From Eledone cirrhosa (lineage: Eukaryota), in contig OZ024756.1 in assembly GCA_964016885.1 (NCBI GenBank), positions 26,660,001 through 26,724,000 on the forward strand: a stretch of 64,000 nucleotides of DNA, given 5' to 3'. A program made the translations under genes and the position numbers. Numbering within the stretch: position 1 is the stretch's first letter; every line of letters begins with the position of its first letter. Shown here in pieces: positions 13,656 through 28,055 of the stretch. The notes under the pieces are model-generated. The model searched no databases. It saw nothing but the letters and a program-made list of their open reading frames with translations, and had not been told where the DNA came from.

Positions 13656-16600
13656 ATATTAATACATATAAATATATATACATATATAAATTAATAGGGA
13701 ACTATATCAGTATTCCTCACATAGAGATGACAATTATCGACTATAAAATGGTCAGCGATATTAAATAGAAATGTTTGATATGGTCTCCTCGTCGGAACCA
13801 AAAATAAAAAAATAAACAGAAAAATTCAAAAACACAAGACATCGAAAATAGGGACTACAATAAATGTAAAACCCGATGAATACCTGTCCCCATATTAAAG
13901 ATGTAAGTAGGATAATCATCATCATAATATCATAAAAAGGAGGAGTGCGGGACTGAGTTCTGAATATATTTCTTTTTATCTCGTTTGTAAAATAAATTGG
14001 ATTACTTTGAATAAATAATGAATGAATATTACATAATTTATGTACTAAATTTCGTAACTCTTGATTAGATATAAATAATTTTATTGCTTATTTCAATATT
14101 CCCTTTTTTGAAATGTCAACATCTCTGGTTTCGAGGTTAATTTTGCCTTTCATTCCTTACGGGGTCGATAAATAAAGTACCAGTACTGCACTGGGTAATT
14201 GCTGGCCTTGTGCCTAAATTAGAAACAATTATATTATAACACTCATTACATCGCTTATATAAACGTTCATATATTTGCATCTTCCGTCGTTAATTTTCTC
14301 CTAATTCAGTTTATATATAATATCGTCTTTTTTAAATGCATCATGGTTTACTTTACTGATTACAGAAGAGAGTGTAACACATTCTTCAATTTCTGTGCAT
14401 GTGACGTATCATATCTTAATGCCTATAATGTCAATATGGACACTACATATTCTAGCAGAAAACCACCCGATTTGTGGTTTTTCTGCTAGTAATACATTAT
14501 AAATTTTACGAATTTAACCGTTTAAACAAAAAAAAAAACAAAAAAATATCCCGGAAGTAGTTATAACAAGGGGCAGACTACGAAGAAAGGGAGATAAATA
14601 AGTAGAGAAATATAATAGATAATTAAGGATTTAAAAATAAATAAAAAGAAGTAAAAAAAGTGTGTTAATGATAAGAAAATGATAGATTTAAAATAAGGGG
14701 TATATAAAGAATATATACAGAGAGTGTATAAAAACAGGAGAATGGCCAAAGTAGTAAAAGTTAACACTACAAAAGAAAAAACACAGCCGGTTCATCCTTA
14801 CGGGGTCGATAAAATAAAGTACCAGTAATGCACTGGATATTTGCTGGCTTTGTGTCAAAAAGTAGAAACAATTATAATTGATTGTAAAAATGAGTGAGTT
14901 AAAAGGAGTATCGGGGATAAAGGATCTGGGTTATGAATTAAAATAATATAAGTGGAAGTAAAGGGGACAAAAATAGTATTAATATAACATTGGTAAAAAT
15001 AGCAAATTAAAAAAGAAAAAAAAAAAGGATATTAATTAATTAGGAAGAAAATTTGAACAGGTTAAAATGTGAAGGTAAGATAAGTGGAGTGGTGGAGGAA
15101 TAGTAAAAAGAATTTGGTATTGTTTTCTCTAGCCTTTAATTTATGTATTAAAGCTCTGCTTATACAATCTTTTGGTTGACATTTCTCAGGCTTACTCGCT
15201 GTTTGCTTGTCTTGCATCTAATTCGCATTGAGCACACTGCCCCCCTCACTACTGGCATATAATTCTCAAAACTAATTACTTATCTCTCCTCTTCGATTAG
15301 TTTGTATGCATAATTTTGATATATATATATATATTCCACTTCCACCAAGCGTGAACCTAATATATCTGTGTACAATTGCCTCCTGTGTTTTGTTCCTTCA
15401 CTTTCAACTATATAAATAAAAAATATATAAATATATATATATATAGAGAGAGAGAGAGGGGAGGGGGACTAAATATTACATAAATAACATTACAAATTGC
15501 TCATAATTCTTTTAGAATGAAAATATCAATACATACAAGAAATACAATTAACTATTGCTAGGAACTTCACAAATACAACGCACCAAAGTATACGACCAGA
15601 ACGAGAGAAAGAAAAAAAGGTATAAAAACAAAAACGACCACCAAGTGCGACAATCGGCCGCACATCATAAAGGCCTTATTTTGAGGCAAGCTAGTACGCT
15701 TGCAGAATTAACACGAGTGGGGACGATGGTAAACCGCTGAAACAACCAGGCTCTCTCACTGGTATAACCTTATACTTCAGTAAGGATTTTTTTTAAGGAA
15801 GGGTTTTATCCGGGATAACTCACCACAGCCCCTTCGTTTTCCTGGAAAAAAAGACAATTGCGATTATCTTGGAGGTTCAATTAGTTGATAACACATGAAA
15901 AACTCGTGCGAAAATAGTTTTTCCCACTTGAAATCGAGCGTGTGCTCATTTACAAATTTACCAAAACATGATGAAAGCATAGATTGTAGATGACCTAAAT
16001 ATATGAAGACTGACTATTTCGTTGAAATGATGCTTAGCAGACAAAGAGAACATAACAAGAGAGTAAGACAATATGTCTGATTAGAGATTAAAGTTGAATG
16101 TAAACAACTCACCATTAACATATACTGTAGGTTGTTGTTACAGTAGAGATGTTTACAGCAGAAATACTAACATATTTATCATCAGATAAACTTATTATGC
16201 CTTTCTCACTAATCATTGTAAAAGTGAATTGATGTACACACTAAATTAATATAAGACTGAATTATCTATGTAATTATCAGCCGTAGTTTCGTAAAAGAAC
16301 TATCCTTCAGTATCTTCCCTTGAATTGTCTAATAACATAGGGCAGGATATATGTTTAAATCATTGTTGTATATAATTTGTTTAATAAATATATTTACACA
16401 GCTGATAGGTAGAAACCCGTTGGTCTTGTTTTGGTGGTAAATGACTGATATATATATAATATCACTGGCAGCGACAGTTTCGCTCCTTTTCACAATTTAC
16501 ATCGTATAAATTATGGTGGTGTTGGGGATGATTGTATGCCATGACCGGACGTAATAAATTAGTGAAACAACTCGGATTTACTCACAATTACATTTGTCAG

Positions 16601-17019
16601 CTTGTGACAGCGTAGAATTTAGTGGAAGAGAGTATTCCAGCAACGAAATCCTTGTTATTATTAATGGCTTAGTATCAGGTGAAGCTATTGAGACTCGTTA
16701 GCTGTTCAGCACTACTTTTGATTAGTATCCGGGGATCCAGTAATAATGTCGGCTATTCTAGCATTTTGGTCTCACTATCACCCAGTCATACTGATGCACA
16801 AAAATATGAATAGCTACTCCAACACCTTATCTGTGCTATCAGTTACAGTTATTTCTATATCTGTCTTACCTTTCCTCAACTTCTTTTAACTAACACCAAC
16901 ACTTCCTCTTATAATGTATAATTAAGTGTGCATGTCTTCTCTTCTTTATTTTATATTATTTCCAACACATTTAAATTGATTTGTTCTATTTGCAAATGAT
17001 AAACTTCATATAATTTAAT

Positions 17020-17425
17020 TAAAATAAAATCTATAGGTACCAGGGATGTAGTAAATTATTAAAAAATCTATAGGTACTGTGGATGTAGTAAATTATTATA
17101 AATAAAATATATAGGTAGAATGGATGTAGTAAACTATTAGAAACTATATAGGTACAATGAATGTAGCGAATTATTAGAAATGTTATCTATAGGTACAATG
17201 AATGTAGTAAATTATTAGAAATAAAATCTATAGGTACAATGGGTGTAGTAAATTATTAGAAATAAAATCTATAGGTACAATGGGTGTAGTAAATTATTAG
17301 AAATAAAATCTATAGGTACAATGAATGTAGTAAATTATTAGAAATAAAATCTATAGGTACAATGGGTGTAGTAAATTATTAGAAATAAAATCTATAGGTA
17401 CAAAGGGTGTAGTAAATTATTAGAA
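17020..17425 (-). repeat. Inverted second array of the 41-bp minisatellite (about 10 copies)
   Basis: gaaataaaatctataggtacaatgggtgtagtaaattatta is the reverse complement of the 2715-3740 unit variant. Confidence 0.95.
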
Positions 17426-18345
17426 TTCATTATAAAAGAAAATAACTGAAATCATTTTATTGAAAATAGACTTATTAATTAATCTTTCTAAAAAAATCAA
17501 TCACCAATTACTCCAATACTCACTTAAACAAAAGAAACAGATATAAATCAGTTTGATTAAAAGTAATTGATTTTATTAGCCATAACAAACTCACATAAAT
17601 AACACAACCTTATGATTTTAACATGTGTATAGGAAAGTTAATCGAAGGTCATTTATTCAAATGAGATACATTTTATTAATGAATTGTGTCCCATCATTGT
17701 TTTTATGACAGTTCTTCCATGGACTCATGGATTGGACTGGTCCTTTTCAGCACAAAATCACTCCACTTGCTGCCTTCTTTCGTCATCTACTGTGAGGCTT
17801 CGCAGTTTGAGATCAGCTATCACCACCTCTACCCAGGTCTTCCTTCACCAGTGATCATCATTCATGTACATCACATGTCCATACCAATAGTTTTGAGCAG
17901 TTAGACCTTGTTTTACTACCAGGCAGTATCACGCTTCGCACACATTCATTGGCACAGAGTTGACCACCCGCAGGTGTGAGCCTCATGAGAGTCCTTTTGT
18001 TGGCAATAGTGGGAGTAGCTCTCTAAATTCCATCCTATCCTTCATCATCATCATCATCATCACCGTTTTACGTCCGTTCTTCCACGCTAGCATGGGTTAG
18101 ACGGGTTGTCCTGTTGTGGGCAGTGTCTGGTCGGCTGACCATGCCTTGCTCATACAGGAACTGATCTGGCTTGATTTCTACAGCTGGATGCCCTTCCTAA
18201 CACCAACCTCATTTACAGTGAGTGCTGGGTGCTTTTTCGTGGCGCCTACACGTCCACTTTACAGTGTGGGCTGGGTGCTTTTTTGCCGTGGCACCTCCAC
18301 GACCACCTTGCGGTGGGGGGAGTGGGGGCATATTGTTTATATGCT

Positions 18346-18810
18346 TCAGCATGTACCCATGGGAGGTCGGGTACCCTGTATTACTGCGTGACGCCAGAAG
18401 TCATGGTCGTGTGTCATTGACTTTGAGAGGTGTAGTTGGGTAAGGTCGGCTTTTATCACCTCATCCCAAGTCATCTTGGGTCTCCCCACTCCGCGGTTTC
18501 CATCAACTTCTAGTGCTCTGCACCTTTTTATGCAGCTGTCATCCTTCATACGCATCACATGTCCATACCAGCGTAACCGCCTCTCCTGCACGCAGCATTT
18601 GATTCCTCTTATGCTCAGTCTCTCTCTCAATTCATTTATGCTTTGTCGTTCACGTATATTACTGTTACACATCCATCGGAGCATGCAGGCTTCGTTTCTC
18701 TCTAATCTACGTAAGTCTTCCATCTTCAGCGCCCAGGTCTCACTACCATGCAACAGCTATTACACTCTGTCCCCACTGCAGATTAAGTCACCTAGATAGC
18801 AGAACTTTTG
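18346..18810 (-). mobile_element. RTE-clade LINE 3' ORF fragment
   Basis: HGSETWAL...MLRWMC...RRLRWYGHVMR...GRPKMTW, the typical RTE C-terminus. Confidence 0.88.
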
Positions 18811-19422
18811 AGATGTTTATAATATACTACTTTAAGGGACACAAGTGAAGCACATTTAGTATTAATGTGGTGTCGTAAATAAATATATACATATACACCA
18901 GGTCCAAACACAATGCAACCAGACTGTCACTGCCTCCATCTCTCCTCATCTTACACTGTTATAAGCAAATGGGGGCCCACGCACTAGCTGCACAAAATAG
19001 AAAAGGCATTTTGCCAGTGGATGGGGAGGAAGACACACTAGAAGAGCCATTCAAGCTCATGAGGCTCACACCTGCAGGTGGCCAACTCAGTGCCGATGGT
19101 GGTGAGTAGAGGTGGTCCTAGGGCCAAGGACACCAGTAGTCTCCAATGTGTTCCAATTCATGGCTCTATTGTTGTTAGAACCTATCTTTTATGTGCAGCG
19201 TGATACCCTTTGAAAGCTTATGAGGGTTCAGTGATACATGCCACCAAACCACTCAATAATGTAGTGCTGCTTCTGCAACCATGCTATATGCTTCAGACAG
19301 AATACTGTTTGTGATTAAATAACTTTTTTAAAAACAAGTATTTATTCTCATGTCTGCATCTCAGGATAGGCTCCTTTTTTTCTCTGCATGCAGCCCCTTC
19401 TTTTTTCTGTGTATATGTTTAA

Positions 19423-19943
19423 CCCTTTAGCATTTAAACCAGCTGTATCCAGCCAGAATTCTGTCACCTCTTTCTCTTCAAACTGGCCATAACCGGCTGC
19501 TCATACTTATGTTAAAGTATTGTTCTCAAAATAAATAATATCCATCATTTCATTTTACGTCCGCTTTTCCCTGCTTGCAAGGGTGGGACGGGAACTGATT
19601 CTGGCTTGATTTCTACAGCTGGATGCCCTTCCTAACACCAACCTCATTTACAGTGAGTGCTGGGTGCTTTTTTGCCGTGTCACCTCCACGACCACTTTGC
19701 AGTGGAATGATAGGTACCCTAGTCCTATCATCTCATTTCTACAGCTGAGTAAACTGGAGCAATGTGAAATAAAGTGTCTTGCTCAAGGAAACAACACATC
19801 ACCCAGTCTGAGGATTGAACTCACAACCTTTCGATTGCAAGCCCAATGCTCTAACCACTAAACCATGTGCCTAACTATTATGCGAGATAAAGTGTTTACC
19901 GTGAAAATACAATAGTAAATATAGTGATGTAAATGCTAAAGGG
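19423..19943. mobile_element. TTAA-flanked piggyBac-like MITE with a nested SINE
   Basis: ttaa|ccctttagcattt ... aaatgctaaaggg|ttaa. An intact 208-bp copy lies at 36457-36664, with others at 46788-46964 and 60445-61109 (nested insertion). Confidence 0.8.
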
Positions 19944-20049
19944 TTAAGAAGTTGTATGAAATTTCTCTTGTTCAATAAATAAAATGAACCTTTTCAACCT
20001 CATGACCACACAAGATGAAAGTTTCAAGTTACTAGAATTTTTTTCAACA

Positions 20050-20350
20050 CACCAACGCGTTTATGCATATGCATACATTTCTATGTATGTGTATATAAAA
20101 TATAAATGTGCAAACACAGACACACTTACAAAAATACATACTTAGACATACACTCACACATACGTACAAACACAGCATGACAAATGGAATGCCAGCCGCT
20201 ATTTTGCTATAGTTTTTTCACCACCCCTTCCTTCCTTTTACACACACATACATTCATGCAGGCCGCAGACATAAAAAGGAGGAGTAGCATGAGGTAGTCA
20301 AACAACTCTCTCTTTACATGTGACAGAATCGGAGAAATTTATACATAGAT
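20050..20350 (+). repeat. Dispersed ~300-bp repeat; inverted copy at about 51575-51880
   Basis: aaatggaatgccagccgctattttgctatagttttttcaccacc...tgaggtagtcaaac matches the reverse complement of 51630-51750. Confidence 0.8.
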
Positions 20351-20427
20351 AGACAAGCATACATTTAGGTTACAGGTATATGAACACCAATTAGCAGGGA
20401 TGAAATAACTTTATATCAGCTTCCGAT

Positions 20428-23400
20428 CTAGCTATGATAATGTTCAAGGTTCTCCAGATGGGTACAAGCAGAATCAGTATGTTCCAAGACCACAGAACTT
20501 CCATCAAAAATTTCTTCTGTCGTTACTAAATCTTCAAGAGACCTCCCAACTGGTAATCGGTGTCCATCAGAAAGGTAAAACAAGGCAAGACGCTGGAAAA
20601 AAAGAAAAAAAAGATAATTTATATAGCCATAAATACATACACACACATATATATGGCAGTGCCCCAGCATAGATTCAGCCTGTCAGCTGGAACAAATAAA
20701 AGAGCATAAAAGAATATATATGCACATACAGTCAAAATTAGTTCTGTATGAGCAAGACAATGTCATCTGACCTGAGTTGTCTCTTAACCCTTTAGCATTT
20801 ACATTGCTCTGTATATACTATTGTATTTCTCCAAGCTCTGCCTGTCTCTAACATTTATACTGCACATCCAACGGAGCATGGTTGCTTCATTTCTCTCCAG
20901 AATTCTAACATCAAAACTTGATACCATCATATTTACACTCACCTTATCACCAGGACGATTATTCCTATTCAGGATGTCGTAGCTGTCAGCCAGTTTATCA
21001 ATCACTTTACCAACTTTAAGAGCCTTGCAACAGAGAATCAAAATTTGTATTTTATTAATGAAAACATACTTAAAGAGAATAGTTTATTTTTAGTGCATAT
21101 TTCAACTCACAGCATAACATAGTCACTCAAGTCAAGATAGGAACCTTTAAACAACATGAATCTCGTTTGCTTGCCACTCAACACTCTGCAAAACTAACAT
21201 TGCTACCTGCTATAGTACAACACACCCACAAGCTTGGTACATATATTTTAAGCTTTGGTCAACCTGAATCTATGGTACAACACATCCACTAGCTTTGGTC
21301 AACCTGAGTCAATGGTCAGTGTACCCACAAGCTTGAGTCAAATTGAATTTATGGTACAACACCCACAAGCTTGGGTCAACCTGAGACTTTAGTACCAACA
21401 CCTGCTGAAGATGACATACAATGATACTAAACCTAAGAAATCATGATAACAAAGTCATCTTCTTAACTATTGTTTACTTTTTCAAGTCTGGTACTTATTT
21501 CATTGAAATTCATCATTATTATATTTTAGAAAATTTTCTTAAGTAATACTACTAAGTTAGGCATGGCTTGAGCCAAATTGGCCGAAACCTATCAAAGGGA
21601 TGTTCTAAATATCAGTAATGGAGGGGTTAAAAATGTTATTATCATGATAATCATCAACACCATTACAGAACTCAGAAAAAAAAAAAGAAGAATGAGTTAT
21701 GTCACATAAGCCAAAAAAATACCTTATGAAAGTAAAGCGCTTTGGATTGCTGTCCACTGTTCTTTGGTAAGAATACTAACAGATATACTCGGTTCTCTAA
21801 GATAACATTCTTCTCCCCAACAGCTTTCATCTTTAGCTTCATCAATGCCAGTTTTGCAGCCATTTTCTCACCCTTTGTACTTAGCTTTGCTTTTGCTTTA
21901 GGTGCTACTTCTGCGCGGGATGCTTTTTTAAAAATGAAAGAAAGACAATGATATAAAAAATGTTTTAACATATTGTTACTTCATATGCTTATCATATCTT
22001 TTGCTAATGGACACATCATTGGAAAAATTTGCAGAATTAGTATTAATGGAGGCTTTAACTTTTAATGTGATGCAGTCATAATGCTGTTTTGTGCTTTTGT
22101 TCATATGATTTCATACATTACAGTTTGTAATGAGTTAAGCTGGTGCCACAATAAACTTCATCCAGTATACTCTATAAAATGTTGGCATTAGGAAGGATAT
22201 CTAGCTGTAGAAGTCATGCCAAATATGGAATGTATGGGCCTGTCTAGCCTTGGATTGCGACATGGGAAGCAAGCATAAAATGAAGATTATGTGTAAGAAT
22301 TAGAAAATACAAATGAAATGACAAAAATACAATCAGGTTTACCCTCAAAATCCTGTACTGCATGAAACTACATTAACAAAACATGCAAAGCAACACTATA
22401 ACTGCATCATAATAAAGTTTGGATGTGTAATGTCAATGTGCGTGAACAACCAAGCATAGACGAGTTGAGAGAGCATGTGTATAAGAGGGATAAGCTGTAG
22501 TGTGTAGGAGAGAAGACTGCGTTGGTATGGACATGTGATGCGCATGGAAGATGATTGTTGGGTAAAGAAGTGCCAAGAAATCCAAGTAGAAGGAAGAGGC
22601 AGTAGAGGAAGAACACGAAAATAATGGGCGAAGGTGGTGAGAGCTGGCCTCAGATTGCTGAAGCTCATGGAGATACGAATGGAGAGATGCTGTGCTGAAT
22701 AGGACCCGTCCCACCCTTGTAAGCAGGGAAAAGCGGATATATGATGATGATGATGATCTGTCTACTAGAAAATATACTAAAAACATTTGGATTAACAAAC
22801 TTGTTTTCCGATATTTTCTGCTCAATCATTAGATGTTAAGAGTTAATTTGTAGTGAACTACTACATATAGTGTGGAGGCATGCATCCTAGTATTAAGTAT
22901 GTTGAGAGTTTGATTCCTTGATGGGTTGTGTTGTGTTCTTGAGCAAAACACTTCATTTCATGTTGCTCCAGTATACTCTGCTGGAAATGAGTACCAGCAA
23001 TAACTGGGGGTTTAACCCTGTGATGGACTGGCGTCCTGTCCAGGGGGAAGTCTTGAATTGTCAGTTGCTTCACGCTACAGAAACTGAGATAAGAACTGGC
23101 CTGATGGGCCTCCGGACTTAAAACAGACTTTAGTTAGAGCGTTGGATATTTGTTCCTGTTCTCTGTGTTTCGAGTTCAAATCCCGCCATGGTCCATTCTG
23201 CCTTTCATTCTTTCAAGGTCGATAAAAAGAATACCAGTCCAGTGCTGGTGCTACCTTCCCTTCTTCCAGAGGAAGGATCGAAAGGGTGTTTGTGTCTGCT
23301 TGCAACCACTCCGGCACTTAAAACTGTTAGAGAAAGCATGGTACACGTAATACTCGGTTGTAAGTTACAGCTCACAGATAGTACTACAGAGAGTAGTGTT

Positions 23401-26400
23401 ACAGGTGAAATTGTCAAGCAGCAGATTCCCAGTATTCTCAATATTCCAAATTCAAACACTACCAAGCGTAAACTGTAATTGTTTGTCTTTTCATGGTAAA
23501 TAACATAACACATATACTAACAAGGTGGCAAATTGGCAGAGTCATTAGAACATCAGATAGAATACTTTGTGATGTTTGTTCCGGCTCTCTGGTCTTTGAG
23601 TTCATATCATGACGAGGTCAACATTGTCTTTTTTCCCTTCGAGATCAATAAAAAAAAGTACCAGTCAAGTACTGGGGTAGATTATTATCTCTTTCTCACT
23701 TCTTTCTACTTTGTCATGTCTTTTGTATGGGTTGGATTTGTATATAAAAATAAACACGCACATTTTATTCAAAATGTTACATGAATTCAAAACCACCAAA
23801 CTCTGACATATGACTCTTTGACAAGTTCTAGCAAAGCAGTTGAGGCTGTGCTAGGACACCAGCATGACTGCATAGGTAGTGTCCAAAGATGAACAGTAAT
23901 CAAGCCATTTCAGATTAGTTGTTTTACTAGATATATATTAAAAAAATAGCTTACAATGTGCATCTAGGTTTAATGACATGAGAAAGAGAGAGAGGTTCAG
24001 GTCAAAAAGCTATCAGTCACCAGTCAACACTTACCTAAAATTTTATTGACAACTTCTTCTGTTTTGGAAACCTTTTCCACTTCTTTTTCTTCCAGACATT
24101 TGTGGTCGGAAGAGTGTCTATGTCTGAAAACAAATAAAAAAAAAAAAATTTTTTTTTTTTTAAATAGACACACTCTGAAAGTGATTGATTTGTTAGAAGA
24201 GCATCTGGCCATATAGAAAACCTGGCTAACAAGGGGTCGAGGAAGAATGATGAATTACACTTGGTTCACTCTATACAGCAGGAACTTATGTAAGTTGTGA
24301 ACCCTTGCTCTATCTGTGAGATTTTGAGCCACACACTAGTAGGCTATGCGAGTTTATAGCCATTTGGCCAACTAGAAATTGCAGCCAAATCCCCCCTCAA
24401 ATCACACCATTATGTCATAAAAGTAGGAAGAAACAAATTATTTAATCCTAGCTATTGAAAAACCAATGGGCTGGTCCTGGTTGGAATGTCTTTAATAATA
24501 GGATTACTTTATCATGACTGACCCAGGGCTAATCATATGCATGTGTGTATACATACAACCATTACAAGGTAGCAAAGTAAACACTTACTTTAAACAGACA
24601 TGAGCATTGCATCTGTCACAAATAATTACTTCAACACCATCTGCAGTACATTGCACCACGCTGCACTTATGAAATGAGGGCAATGCGCAATTTGGGGTTG
24701 GTCGATCACTGACATTACACTGCAAATATTTACATGAATGAAATATATATATATGCATGAACATATATACATATAAATATAAATAAACATATAAATGAAG
24801 TAATTCCGTCGGAAAAGTCCAGGAAAAAAGAGTGCTCTATGTAGGTTACAGAGCTTAATAGTTATGTAATAAACAACATAAGATAATTATTTCATTTACC
24901 AGTGGTTTCTTGAAAGCAAACAAAATTTGCTTTCAGTCATCAGAATGAAAACATCCTGGAGTATTTATTGACAGTGGATTTTAAAAACCACTGTCAATAA
25001 ATACTCCAGGATTTTTTCATTCTGATGACTGAAAGCAAATTTTGTTTGCTTTCAAGAAACCACTGGTAAATGAAATAATTATCTTATGTTGTTTATTACA
25101 TAACTAAATAAACATATATATATATATATATGTAAATTAGAATTGGTACTCTGAAATAGCTATATATATATGAATGTATATATAGTGTATTTTGCAATAC
25201 ACTGTATGCTTAATTAAAAGCATTTCGAAGACCTTATGCTATTGTTTTAGAGTAGTGACAGTCTCACTTACTTTAATTTTCAGCAAACAGGGGGAGATAG
25301 AGCTGACAGAGCCCTGTTCCGCATTTTTTTATGCTTATCAAAGCTAACTACTCCTCCTGTTTGCTGAAAATCATGGATGTTTGATTCTTATAGAATTGTA
25401 GTAAATAATCAGGAACTGATTATACAGAGCGGTTGCCGGTCAAGCAGAAATTGAAAATTAGAATTGGTGCTCTGAAATAGCTATATATATATGAATGTAT
25501 ATATAGTGTATTTTGCAATACACTGTATGCTTAATTAAAAGCATTTCGAAGACCTTATGCTATTGTTTTAGAGTAGTGACAGTCTTACGAACATTTTCTA
25601 TGACAAACGGCTTTCAGGAATGATTTAAGTTTGAGAACTGAGGTTCCACTGTATGTCAAATTTATGTATTTCTCTAAATTAAAATTGAAAAATATATATC
25701 AATTTGACATGTTTATATGATCAATATAAAGCAGCAAATTGGCAGAGTCATTAGAATGTTATATAGAATGCTTTGAGCTATTTATTTTGGCTCTCTGTGC
25801 TGAGAGTTCAAGTCTCACTCAGGTCAACTTTCATCCTTTCGAGGTTGACAAAAAAGTACCAGTGCAGTAATGGCTGTTGATTCTTTCTCTATATCTCTTT
25901 CTCACTTCCTCTCTGGTTCTCTGGAAGAAATTTGCCATGTTCAGCAGACATGGAGAGAGGATGAGCTTGGTGAGGTATAAAAATAAAATGGCCAAGAAAC
26001 ACTGTATGTCACTACGGCTCACTTTCAACTACATTAGGTGCTACATACATGTCTATATATTCAGTGTGTATATTCATATACATATTTATGGCGCCTCAGT
26101 TTATTCTCTACTGGCAGTGTATCATTTCATCAAAAATATAGTAACAAAAGAGTTACATTTTTGACGATATAAACACCAATTTGTAAATAATATGATAACA
26201 AACCTTACTACAGTCATGAGAATCAGGAAATTTATGCTCCAAGCTGTAATTAGACATAAAATAAAATATTACATTGATGCACATTAAGTACTCTCGGGTC
26301 TTGAATAATTATTAGTTTTCCAAATTTTTTCCAACCTCCCGGCTTATTAAATTTTACTAATCTATCTCTGGCGAAGTGGTAGCATTCCAGTGAAAACTAA

Positions 26401-28014
26401 TTTTCTGTAGACATTAAAAAACATTGTACATTACAAGAAATATCATGTTATAAAATAAATAGGATGGATTGAGGTCTTAATATATAAACTAAATGACTAA
26501 TTCAGGTTAAAAAAAAAAAAATCAAGGGAGACAACCTAGAAAAAATTATCGATTTTCCACCTGTATTACTTGGGACCAAAGAGTAATCTGAATTTTTGTA
26601 AAAGGAAAATTAGAGAATAATAATATATTTTTTTGTTTGTCAGCAACAAGGATACATATTATCATCATCACTGTTTAAACCTTTAGTTACAAACCTGGCT
26701 CTGCTTCTATGAAATAAAATCACCTATTTAAAAATTTTCCAATTTAAATAAAAATCTTCCAACATCATTTTATGTAAGAACCTTACATTAAGTTACTATT
26801 TTAGTAATGAAATAATTAATAATTTGAGTAAATCCCTCAAAATTCTTCATTAATTAATTAAAATAGAATGTATTCCATTAGAAATGTGGTCATGAGAAAT
26901 TCTGTATGCTGATGATCTGGTTTTTAGAACTGATTCCATGGAAGAACTAGAGAACAAATTGTGGCTGTAGGAAAGGGCTGAAAGTATACTTAGCAAAGAT
27001 GACGGTGTTAGTAAGTAGGAAAGAAGACAGGGCGTTAATCATGAGAAAATTGACCCTGCTCGATATGTTCAAAAGGTATAGACAGAAACTCTATAGAATG
27101 TACACAATGCAAATCTTAGGTACACAAGAGGTGTAGTGGAATAGTAGGCTAACAGGAAAAGGATGGTGATCACTAGGTGAAGAAGTGCCAAGAAATAACA
27201 GTGGAAGGAAGCCACAGTAGAGGAAGACCTGGGTGGAGGTGGTGAGAACTGATCTCAAATCTCTGAAACTCATAGAGGAGATGCTGTGCTTCTGTGCTTA
27301 GAAAACCCATCTAAACCATGCAAGCAGGAGTAAAAAGTTTATATATATATATTAGTTTGATTTAAATAACAGGAGGCTGGACTGGTGAAGTTTCTTTAAA
27401 GTTTTATTGTTGCAAAAACACTATATATATTGTCATGGCCTGGTTATGTAAGATCCTGGCGACTTCATCAGGTGTGTATTGCATAATTAGTAATATGCAA
27501 TACACACCCGATGATTTTGCCAGAGTCTTATGTAACAAGGCCATTGAAATATATATAGTGTTTTTGCAACAATAAAACTTTGAAGGAACTTCACTAGTCC
27601 GGCTTCCTGTTATTTTAATCAAACTAATATTTAACTCCGTTCCTGCACCAACCACAGGATTGAACATCAATGATGGATGAGTTGCATAGCATCAAATATC
27701 TTTCCTACTATTAAATCATGATTAACTAAACGGAATGACCAGTTCTATCCAGTGGTAAACCACTAAACTTAAATTAATATGCAGATATATATATATATGG
27801 CTTGGTGGTTAGAGAGCTGGATTCGCAATCGTGAGGTTGCGAGTTCAATTTTCAGGTGATACGTTGTGTCCTTCAGAAAGACACTTTATTTCACCTTGTT
27901 CCTTCTGCCAGGAGTTGCGACCAGTAGACAGTATCAGCAATGGAAAGACCAATGGAAACATTGTTTACATGGTCCGATTTGATGAGGTCTGGGATCTTGC
28001 CGATGGATCAAAGC

Positions 28015-28055
<41 letters not shown>

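Larger units (their letters stand above)
24859..25106. repeat. 248-bp near-perfect palindrome (inverted Penelope-like terminal repeats) in ZFAND1 intron 3
   Basis: Arms of about 120 bp are reverse complements (tagttatgtaataaac...gtttattacataacta) with essentially no spacer; (TA)n lies nearby. Confidence 0.93.

Noticed and set aside
27797-27860. tRNA gene candidates (also at 13380-13438, 3860-3920, 53560-53620)
   Set aside because: A and B boxes run into CORE-like SINE bodies without an acceptor stem; they are SINE heads.
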